Assembly (NCBI GenBank): GCA_004431415.1
Contig: QPMI01000507.1
Span: 124,001-188,000, forward strand
DNA from: Cyanophora paradoxa CCMP329
Taxonomy: Eukaryota > Plantae > Glaucophyta
Reading direction: 5' to 3'
DNA: 64,000 bases
Shown: positions 44,448-54,556 of the stretch, in pieces
How the letters are laid out: the number at the start of each line of letters is the position of its first letter
Numbering within the stretch: the first letter of the stretch is position 1
Notes under the pieces: generated by a model
Database searches by the model: none
Told to the model about the DNA's origin: nothing
Seen by the model: only the letters and a program-made list of their open reading frames with translations
Translations under genes and position numbers: made by a program

Positions 44448-44756
44448 TGCTAGCGGGGCAGGCCGGGTATCTCGTGAAGATGGCTAGCGAATACGCAGCT
44501 GCAGGCGAGATGCGATATCTGTTCGGGCGCCGAGTGAACTGCGGGCTGGAGCTGAGGCGCTGGCGAGGAAGACCCCCACGGATGGCGTCATGACGTCGCA
44601 GCGCGATCGTCGCAATTGTCAAGCCGACGCGCGCGTGGCGGATCGCCGAAGAGGCTGATGGCGCGCGCATGCGAGCGGGCAAGTCTTGAAAAGGGGGGGG
44701 TGAAGTCGGGGAAGGAGGGGGGTCGAGGCCGGGGGGCGTATACGTAGTAGAGGACG

Positions 44757-45738
44757 ATGGCCTCGTTCATTGGACTTGCAGCGCCGTGGCGCGCGGCGTC
44801 GGTGCGAGGCACGACTTGTACGTGCGAGTGCACCTGCGTGGCAGAGCGCGAGCAGCCGGCCGCTCCGGCGCAGCCAGTCGAACCAAAGGCGACTCGACGC
44901 GCCTTCTTCGCCTCGGCGGCGGCGGTCGTCTTCTCGGCGTCGGCGGCCAACGTGAGTTCTGTTCTCGACAAGTCTTGGCAACCGCGCGCGTCCTAAGATC
45001 GTGCGCAGCACGTTTGCGCGGAGGAGAACGGCGGAACATGCGAACAGTGCTCGGGGCGCGGCTTGGTGCCTTGCCCGCTATGCAAAGGAACAGGTACGTC
45101 GAGCTTCCTGTCAGCCGCTGCCGCGGAACTGGCCCCGCTGCCCGCGCACGCCGACGGGTCCCGTGCGCAGGCGAGTGGGAGGCCACCAATCCGGAGGGGT
45201 TCGGTACTGTGAACGGCGTCGGTTTTGCTGTACCTAAGGTGAGCAGCGCCGCGCCGGGCGCTTCTGCGCGACCGACGCCGGGCCATCTGCCGGGCCGCGG
45301 TTTGGGGGTAACGTCGGCGCGGTGCACATGTACAGCTGGTGGCCTGCCCGAACTGCGAGAAGCTCGGCTTGGTGATCTGCACTCGCTGCATCGGGTGAGT
45401 GCACTGTCGCCGTGCTAGGGCGTCGATATCTCCCGGGGGCCGATATCGATGCGGGGCGCGCGCGCGCAGAACGGGTCTGGCGTCGACGAAGGGCCTGCTG
45501 CGGCGGAAGGACCTGGGCATCTCAGTGCGGCGCGACGGCAGCCTGGCCTTCGAGAACTGCGACGCCATCCCCGCCTGCAGGCACGCGCCCCGGGCCCCGC
45601 CTCGCTGCTCCTCCCCCGAGTCGACGCGGGGCGAGCAGAACTGCGGGAGCGCGGGGCAACACGATCTTCGACCGGCAGGAATTCAGGGACGAGCCGGCTG
45701 TGCAGGCCCAGATCGACGCCCGCCTACTCTCCCAGTGA
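44757..45738 (+). CDS. DnaJ-type zinc-finger thylakoid protein, PSA2-like
   Basis: MASF transit peptide with Tat TRRAFF; CEQCSGRG, CPLCKGTG|EW, CPNCEKLG and CTRCIG|TGLASTKGLLRR, which resembles the PSA2 C-terminal GTGL...KGLLRR motif. Confidence 0.75.
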
Positions 45739-45834
45739 CGCCCCGCGGCCCCGTCCCGTTGCCACGCCCTAGTCCCTCGCATCCCATCCCGCGCGCTCGC
45801 ACACTCGAGCTCGGCCCTCCGCTCGGTGATGCAA

Positions 45835-47305
45835 TTAATACAGAACCGCGTGGGCGTGGGAGGAGCGCGGCGCTGCGGGGGCTTGCGCGTGAGTGGCCGG
45901 GCGAGCGGGCCGGGGCGGGCGGGGCTGCTGGGGGCGGACCGACGAGGCGGTCCCAGTTCTTGACGAGGAGGTCGTAAAGGATCGCGTACCTGCAGCCAAG
46001 CCGGTCGCGGGGCGCGGGGCGCCGGAGCGCGGCGTGGGGCGGCACGCACGTGTTGCGGAGATCGACGAAGGCGAGCTTGTAGTTGAGGAATTCCTTCTCG
46101 TCCAGCTCCCGCACCTGCCGCCCCCTCGCACGCGCCCGGCCCAACGCCCGCACGCGGCCCGCCAGGCCCCCGCACCGACTGGGTGTAGTCGGACAGCCCC
46201 GGATACTTGATTACCTGCACGCCACGCCTGAGGCGCAGCCGTGGCGGGGCGGCGCCTCTCGCACCTTGGACGTGAGCTTTCCGCGCGCCATGTAGCTGGG
46301 GTGGAGGTGTCAGCTGCGGGCGCCGGCGCCGGGGTACAGAGCAGATGAAGCGGCGCACTACTTGTTGACCCCCTCCAGGACACTGAAAGTCGAATCCTCC
46401 GCCCGCGTCAGCTCCGCCACGATTTCCTGCGGGCCCTCTCAGCTGAACTCGACTGTAGTAGGCAAGCAAGCGCCCACACCTGCTGACACTCGACGCCTGA
46501 TGAACGAGGGAGATTCCTTTAGCGTGCCGTGGGCGCATGGAAAGAGCGGGCGCCACAAACCGAAGTTCCCGCCGTCTTCCATTCTGGAGCGCGTGAAAGT
46601 CAGCCATCGCACGGATAGGGCGAAGCGGGCGGGCGATATCGGACCGTGGGATGTTCGTTTGGATGAATATCTTCACTTTGGCGATCTGGGTCGGCACGGG
46701 CAAGCTCAGAGGGGCGACGTATGCCAGCGGGAACAGGGGGCGCGGGCTCGGACCAGCGCGATGATGTCGCGGAGCTCGCTCTTCACGACGCGAGCGATCT
46801 CGGAGAGACCTTCGTTGACCGGCACCGCGTCCTTGGTGGGCTCCGCCCCATCGTGATCCGCTTTCCTGTGCACGTCCGCTTAGCGAAGCCTTGGGGCGCA
46901 CCCCAGATGCTAGCTAGGCGATGAGCGAGCGATCGACGAGATTACGCACCGCTTCTTAGAGTGCTGGTGCTCGCCGCTGCCTTCGGAATGCACGGGCGGG
47001 TCAAACGGCGAGCACTGCCGAGCTAGGAGGTCAGTCGCCAAGCACGCCCGGGCCCGGCAGGGGAGGGCGCTCGCCTTAAACTGCTCCGAGCTGATGAGTC
47101 TCGTGAGCTGGAGTATTTTCTGAGGAAAGGAATCCGTGACCACGGCCTTCGCCTCCTGCGCGTGAAATGTGAGCGACCCGAAACCAGCGGGGGCATGGGG
47201 AGCTGGAAGAACCCGATGCCAGATCGTTTTCAGCTCATCGAGCTCGTCGCGGATCTCCTTACGCGTTGCGTCCTTGATCGACTGTTCTTTCGATCTGCCC
47301 GACAT
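45835..47305 (-). CDS. PSME3: Proteasome activator PA28/REG-gamma-like
   Basis: FPQKILQL; IP|RMEDGGNFG|VECQQ|EIV (activation loop); VIKYPG..DY; ELDEKEF; YAILYDLLVKNWDRLV|APRSSHAHAVLY*. Confidence 0.88.
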
Positions 47306-48177
47306 TGCCGATCTTGCCGCCTTGCGATCTTGTCTTGCTCGCCGCTTGCTTCTGCGCGGTCTGGTCTTTCCTGCTCCTCGAAAACTTTGCGAACTCCTGG
47401 TCCGACCACGTACCCCGGCGTCCCTCGGCGTCGAGTCGGCGAGAGTCCTCGCCAGAGCCTCGGAGTCCTTGGCCTAGTCAAGTGCGCGCGCGCTAGCGCT
47501 GCCGGCCGGCTGTAGCCCCAGCGCTAGCCCTAGAGCTCGAGCTCGATTTCCGCGGCCGGCCTGCGCGCGCATGCGCATGCGCATGCATCCGGCACTGCGG
47601 CAGCCGGCGCCGGCCTATGCATATGTAATCGCTAGCTTCCGGCGCCGGCCGCGGTGCAGCGGAGGCCCGGGCCCTCGGGGGCCGGGGCTAGCGCTGGGGT
47701 GGCGGGGCCGGCCGCGGGCGCCGGCGCCCATATGCATGGTCATGGCCAGCTGCATGCGCGCATGGCGCCGTCTATAGCTAGCACTGGGCCACGCGTGGCG
47801 TGGCGGGGCCGGCGCCCGGCCCATGGCCCGGTCAGCTAGCGCTGCATGCGCAGCCACGAACTGCACGCGAATTCAAAATTCGAATTCAAAGGTAATAAAT
47901 AGTGAATTATAAGGCCCTGAGGCTATGTACTACTACGGAAGGCGTCTGCAGGATGTAGACCTGCGCCCGGCCGCGGTGCATGCACGCAAATTTCTCGCCG
48001 AATATTAAAGCGACTGAGAACGTTATCTAAAAAAGCTCGAGCTTCGGTTCCTAGGCTGGAAAATGCCTGGAGTACCGATCGGCTGCTCTTCGCGGCTCAT
48101 AGCCCAGACTATACATGGGGACTGAAGAAAATACACGCAGCAAATTACCGACAAATAACTAAGACACGACGACGAGG

Positions 48178-49570
48178 CTAGCGCTGGTCTGTGAACGAGG
48201 AATCGAAGAGAGCCTCCGGGCCGGTGAAAGAGAATACGGGCGCGTGGCCAGAGGTAACTTGCCCGGCGGCGGCGAGGGCAACGGGAAGTACGCCCTCCAA
48301 GGAGGCATGGCCAGCGGCGGCCGCGGCCGCGGCCGCGGCGATGGCGGAGACGCGGCTGGCGGAGACAGTGCCGCTGGAGCCGCCGGGCTCGGCGTCGAAG
48401 TCATCGTCGCTGCCCTCCTCCATCCCGTCTCCGCTGTCGTCGCTCGAGGCGGGATCCACCTCGCCCATCGCAGCCGTCGACGTCTCCGACAGAGGCTCCG
48501 CGGCAGTCCCCTCGATGCCCGCCCCCTGTTGCCGCTCCCGATGCGACTGCCACGCGCGAGAACGTGTCGGTTGCATCGAGACCACGACTATAGTACACGG
48601 GCACTGGCGGACCTGCTCGACCAGCGGTTTCCAGATCCGAACGCGGGCGTTGATGAACCAGTTGCTGGGCGGCGCGTCAGGCTCGCCCGGTTGGGCGAGG
48701 CGGGGACGGCCCGCACTTGACTTGCTGCACGCCGAGGTTCGTCTGCGCTGCCAGTTGCACCTTCTCCTCCTCCGTGGGGTACGGGTGCTGTGCTGTCGTC
48801 AGACGGCGTCCGGGCGCGCGGGGGCTGCTCTCGCCGCGGAGTAATTACTAAGTTATGTGCCACGAGCGGCAGGGGCAAAGCGCCAGCGCGGGGCTGGGCG
48901 GTGCTCGGGGGGCGGGTAGGCGGAAGGGAGGAAGACCGCCTACCAGGAAGTGGTCGAAGAGCCACTGTTTCAGGATCTGCACTCCGCTCTTCGGCTGCAG
49001 CGCGCGCGTCAGTCAGCCGCACGCCAGTGAGGGGCAGTCCGAGGCGAGAACGGCCAGGGCGCACCAAGTTACTGCGCTTGCCCACCTTCTTCGGCTTTTG
49101 AATCACTTTCAAGCCCTCCAAGTACTTGCGCTCCAGCTCCTGCCGGCGGGCCCGCGTCAGAGCGCGCAGCGCGCACCGGCCCCCGTGGCAGGAGACGCCG
49201 ACGCACCGCTCGTACGGTTTTGAAGGCATTCTCGACCTTCATTAGCCTCGTCCGCTCCTCCTGCGGGGTGATCTGCGGCGCGCGGGCCGTCGGCACGCGA
49301 AACGGCGGCGGCAACGGCGCGCGGCGTACGGTGCGGAATGCGCGCTGGGCGAGTAGCTCCTGCTCTATTTTCGACCTGTACTCCGCTGACAAGGCAGCGG
49401 AGGTGAGCGAGCTGGGACGGAGAGGCTGCAAGGCGCTCACCTTCCGCCACCTCAATCTTCCGGTGCTGCGTGTTGTACCACGACTCTAGTGCTGCCCTTT
49501 TCTCTCCTTCATTCATCTCCTGAGCGTCGCTCGCCGTAACGCGTCGCTTGCTGGCCCTGGGGAGCGTCAT
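48178..49570 (-). CDS. TALE-class homeodomain transcription factor, BELL-like homeodomain (5' exons may extend to ~50.4 kb)
   Basis: KRSNL|PKSGVQILKQWLFDHFL|HPYPTEEEKVQLAAQTNLGVQQV|NNWFINARVRIWKPLVEQ, followed by an acidic/Ala-rich tail. Confidence 0.9.
48826..48871. mobile_element. 46-bp TG...CA insertion with imperfect terminal inverted repeats and 5-bp flanking direct repeat (GGGGC), in a TALE-gene intron
   Basis: Absent from the paralogous intron at ~52700. Sequence TGCTCTCG...GTAATTACTAAGTTAT...CGAGCGGCA, with GGGGC at 48821-48825 and 48872-48876. Confidence 0.5.
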
Positions 49571-50612
49571 CGTGCTGTCCTGTCAAAGTGCCGAAAGCGG
49601 TGGCGCGGTAGGAGCTGCTCGGCTGATGCTGCTTATGTTGGGTATGTTACTGCTGTCCACGAAGCTAAGAGCTGTCCACGCGCGGAGCCGGAACTGGAGA
49701 GCCGGATCAATGAAAACTGGAGGGACGCAGGATGAAAACCGCCCGCACCGGTCGGGTTCGAGAGCGGGGAGCGCGCCCAGAGCTTGGGAATGGGACCAGG
49801 AGCACCGTAGGGGGCGCGCGCGCTGGGAGGGAGCCTGTTGGGCGGCGTGGCCTGCCTTCCAGTCAAGATGGGTACAAGCGACCCATGGAAAATTAAATAC
49901 CCGGCCGGCTTCGAACTGAAAAAAGAAGCCGCGCAGCGCCCCGCCGCCGCGCCCCCGCGCAGCCGCGGCGGCCCCGCGCAGCCGCAGCTCCACCGTGCAG
50001 TTAGCGCCATTTTGCGCCGCTCGTTCTCCACTGACGTTCCACGTCAGTGGTGATCCGACGAGAAAGGGTGAACCTTTTTCCCAACTTCGGCTCTAATCTC
50101 GCTTATGTTCTGATGTGTAAGAGAGCAGACCGCCGATCGCCTCTCATGCGATGTCGTCAGTTGCGCTTCAGGCATATCGCGTTGTCTACTTGCACCACTT
50201 GCATTCCGGTCCAAGGGCCTGCGCGAGCCTGCAGTTTCGACCTGCGCGAACAGATCAGCGGTAGCTCGGAAGGCGCACCGGCAGGCGTGCGCACATGCAT
50301 CGCGGCCAGTGGGCAAGGATTCGGCACCAGCAGGTTCCGTTCTGAAGGCGCGTCATCCCTGAGCCTGTTTGAAGGATCCACTCTGAACCCGCGACCTGTG
50401 CAGGGTGCAGTCAGATGTGGTCACAATCGCCGCTGCCGATCCGAGCGCGTCGCGCGCGCAAGAGCCGCCACGCACCGCAGAGGCGTATGAGCGACTACTT
50501 GTGATCAACAAGATCAGATCAGCCGGCTAAACCAAGGGGTGAGCCTGCGAACCGCGGATGAGCCTTCTGGGTGCGAGGCGCGGCGCCGCGGCCGGCTCTG
50601 ACAGTCGTGCTC

Positions 50613-50745
50613 TTCGCGTAGCCGCTCCGCCTCCGTGGCAGGTCCACGCCGGTGCCGCCATCGGAGAGCTGCATCGCGGGCGTTCACACGGCGACGACTG
50701 TGTATCGAGCGTGGACCCGCCACGGAGGCGGAGCGGCTACGCGAA
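50613..50745. repeat. Long inverted repeat (37-bp arms, 59-nt spacer); candidate hairpin RNA or MITE relic
   Basis: 50613-50649 is the reverse complement of 50709-50745 at 36 of 37 positions. Confidence 0.85.
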
Positions 50746-50857
50746 CCTCTGAAGCGGTTCTGGTACGCCGGAAACGCTCGCAGATGGAATTGACACCACC
50801 TCCAAGCTGCCAGGTGCTTCTGATGCCGCTGCTACTCTGTGAAGCTGACCGAGCTTC

Positions 50858-52401
50858 CTGTGCGCGTTGGAGCAGTTCGGAGATGGCTCTGAGCGAAGGC
50901 ACAGCTCGTGCAGCCATGGCCAGGTGCTGGCGAAGCGTGTTGGCTGCTGACTGGAAATTGCTCACTGCGCGTCGCAGGCGATGGGGAGCCAACTTTCCGC
51001 AATTGGCTCACGCCGCGCAACGTTCTGCGCTTCCCCACCTACACGCTGCTGCTCCAGAATCTGAACCAGGGCGCAAGAATACCGGTTCACGGCAGGTCAG
51101 CTTCCTATCTAAGTACCCTGCAGCTGTCTGAATTCGCGTTTACCCCCTGGCACAGCAGTCTGGCAACGCCGCTCATGATCAGCGTGCGTGCGTGCGCGCA
51201 AGGGCGCCGGAAGGCCCGACACAGATCCGCAAGTGCGAGGAGTCGCATTTTATCAGTTAACGTTCAGTCGCGCGGGCGCTCGCTCTAGCTATAGCTATAG
51301 CTGTAGCTATAGCTCGCGAGTCTGCACTCAAGCTTGTACCAGCTGTCTAGATCAAGATCAAGTACCAGCTGGCTTAGCTAGCTCTAGCTATAGATGCATA
51401 TGGATATCGATAGTTTTTAGTTTAGCACTCTAGGTAGTTTTTGGTTTAGCACTAACGCTGGCTGCCAGGCTGTATGTATACGTAGCCTACATATATAGCA
51501 GGCGCCTCCCGGCCTAGCTATAGGCCTATCCAGAGATCAAGGAGGCCTAGGCGCAATATTAATTCTGATCATAAATTATGATCAGCAGTTTGGGCATGCA
51601 TGCAGAGGCATGCATTCTGATCTGATAAGCTGTGCGCGTTGGAGCAGTTCGGAGATGGCTCTGAGCGAAGGCACAGCGCGTGCAGCCATGGCCAGGTGCT
51701 GGCGAAGCGTGTTGGCTGCTGACTGGAAATTGCTCACTGCGCGTCGCAGGCGATGGGGAGCCAACTTTCCGCAATTGGCTCACGCCGCGCAACGTTCTGC
51801 GCTTCCCCACCTACACGCTGCTGCTCCAGAATCTGAACCAGGGCGCAAGAATACCGGTTCACGGCAGGTCAGCTTCCTATCTAAGTACCCTGCAGCTGTC
51901 TGAATTCGCGTTTACCCCCTGGCACAGCAGTCTGGCAACGCCGCTCATGATCAGCGTGCGTGCGTGCGCGCAAGGGCGCCGGAAGGCCCGACACAGATCC
52001 GCAAGTGCGAGGAGTCGCATTTTATCAGTTAACGTTCAGTCGCGCGGGCGCTCGCTCTAGCTATAGCTATAGCTGTAGCTATAGCTCGCGAGTCTGCACT
52101 CAAGCTTGTACCAGCTGTCTAGATCAAGATCAAGTACCAGCTGGCTTAGCTAGCTCTAGCTATAGATGCATATGGATATCGATAGTTTTTAGTTTAGCAC
52201 TCTAGGTAGTTTTTGGTTTAGCACTAACGCTGGCTGCCAGGCTGTATGTATACGTAGCCTACATATATAGCAGGCGCCTCCCGGCCTAGCTATAGGCCTA
52301 TCCAGAGATCAAGGAGGCCTAGGCGCAATATTAATTCTGATCATAAATTATGATCAGCAGTTTGGGCATGCATGCAGAGGCATGCATTCTGATCTGATAA
52401 G
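50858..52401. repeat. Tandem direct duplication, 2 x 772 bp (50858-51629, 51630-52401)
   Basis: Identical ORF translations offset by 772 (50908/51680, 51188/51960). I saw one substitution by eye. Confidence 0.95.
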
Positions 52402-52504
52402 GAGGCCTAGGGTATGCATGCGGAGGCCTGATATCGATATCGTCGGCTGTGCGTGAGCCACTAGCCCAGTGGGCCAGCGATCACGGTTCCGACTGAAGGA
52501 CTCT

Positions 52505-53239
52505 GGCTTCCAGATCCGAACGCGGGCGTTGATGAACCAGTTGCTGGGCGGTGCGTCAGGCTCGCCCGGTTGGGCGAGGCGGGGGGCGGCCCGCACTTGA
52601 CTTGCTGCACGCCGAGGTTCGTCTGCGCTGCCAGCTGCACCTTCTCCTCCTCCGTGGGGTACGGGTGCTGTGCTGTCGTTAGACGGCGTCCGGGCGCGCG
52701 CGGGCACAGCGCCAGCGCGGGGCTGGGCGGTGCTCGGGGGGCCGCCGGGCGGAGAGGCGGGAGGGAGGAAGACCGCCTACCAGGAAGTGGTCGAAGAGCC
52801 ACTGTTTCAGGATCTGCACTCCGCTCTTCGGCTGCAGCGCGCGCGTCAGTCAGCCGCACGCCCGTCAGGGGCAGTCCGAGGCGAGAACGGCCAGGGCGCA
52901 CCAAGTTACTGCGCTTGCCCACCTTCTTCGGCTTTTGAATCACTTTCAAGCCCTCCAAGTACTTGCGCTCCAGCTCCTGCCGGCGGGCCCGCGTCAGAAC
53001 GCGCAGCGCGCACCGGCCCCCGTGGCAGGAGACGCCGACGCACCGCTCGTACGGTTTTGAAGGCATTCTCGACCTTCATTAGCCTCGTCGGGGTGATCTG
53101 CGGCGCGCGGGCCGTCGGCACGCGAAACGGCGGCGGCAACGGCGCGCGGCGTACGGTGCGGAATGCGCGCTGGGCGAGTAGCTCCTGCTCGATTTTCGAC
53201 CTGTACTCCGCTGACAAGGCAGCGGAGGTGAGCGAGCTG
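52505..53239 (-). pseudogene. Partial intron-containing duplicate of the TALE homeobox gene with intact homeodomain (pseudogene or truncated paralogue)
   Basis: Matches 48626-49414. It has an in-frame 12-nt deletion (QEER) and new sequence after WKP. Confidence 0.85.
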
Positions 53240-54556
53240 CAGCTGCAGCTGGTCGATCCTCAAGTGCTAGCGCTAGCGCACCGATTTAGCGTTCTCCTGC
53301 TCGAAGAGTCTTGGCAAGTTGAATTACGGATGATCAGGCAGAAGAGGAAAATACCAGCTGCGAGTCGCGGGGCGCCCAGAGTATCAGAAAGGAAAGAATG
53401 CATGAATATCAGGAATAAAAAACCAATGATGAGGCTCCTGCAACCCGAAGAGCGCCTGCATCCACCCCGCAGTGGCGCCTGCTTCATGCACTGCGGCAGG
53501 GAGTCAGCCGAAGAAACTTTTCGGTAGCGCGTCGCTTTGAAACTTTTCGGTAGCGCGTCGCTTGACTGGCCTAAGAGATCTAGAGCTCGGCTGCGGATTA
53601 AACCCGCACTGAACACGTACCTCGCTCATCACATCAAATCAGAACCAGGCGAAGAACTCGCTGGAGGTGCAGGGAGCGCGCTTGGTGGCTGGAAGTTCTG
53701 GAATTTGAAGCAGGGATCGCGTCCTCTCTGGGAAATTGAAAAAGCTCAAGATATTGTGGTCGAATTGAAGAAGAAACGAACCTTTCAGCCCCGAAGGAAG
53801 GAAGCTCGATAGAAAAAAACTGCACAAGTGCATGGAGAATAAAACTGCACAAGTGCAAGACTCGGCGTGGGCGGCGCAGCTGCGCATGCAGCGGATCGCG
53901 GCCGCGGGCGAGGATCCGAAGATCGCGGGCCCGGGGCACAGATCGGCGGATCGATCGCGCCGCTTGCATGCGCAGTAGAAGAAGATTGAGCCCGCAGCAT
54001 GGGCTCGCTGCTGGCCGTGGGCGAGAAGTGAAAGATAAGATCAGCGGCGAACCCCGATATCCGATTCCCCACGACCGTAGCCTGCTGTACGATGCTTGCT
54101 TCGATGATCGACGCCCTTAGGACGATGTGTCACCTGCCGTGAGCTTCAGGAGGGACAGACCAAGGCACAATGACAGACAGGGCCGGCGAACCGGTATGCT
54201 GGCAGCCGAGCCTCAGAGGCCCTCTGCAGGCCTGCGCTAGCAAGCGCCGCGACGCGAAGATCGATAGGAACCAGGCGCAGCTGCAGCACCGCAGGCGAAG
54301 CCACTAACCTCGCAGCGCGCCGCAAGAGCGCTCAGCGGCTGAGCTCGAGGCTGCGCGCAGTTGCAGATGCTGCCACGCGCGCCGTCTCTGTGGGGCTCGA
54401 GACTCATCGCCCGGGGCTCGTCTCAGGCAGCTCAGTTCTGAACCGCATACAACTGCCTGGTGGGGTACCGAGTAGACAACACGCAGGAAACTGCGGTTCG
54501 GCTCCCGATAGGGCAGCGAGTGCGTTTCGCCCCTGAATGGCCGGCCCAGGCGCCTG

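Noticed and set aside
53260-54100. Lower-GC ORFs and short direct repeats (GAAACTTTTCGGTAGCGCGTCGCTT x2; AAAACTGCACAAGTGCA x2)
   Set aside because: No recognisable domain or RNA family; they look like local micro-duplications.
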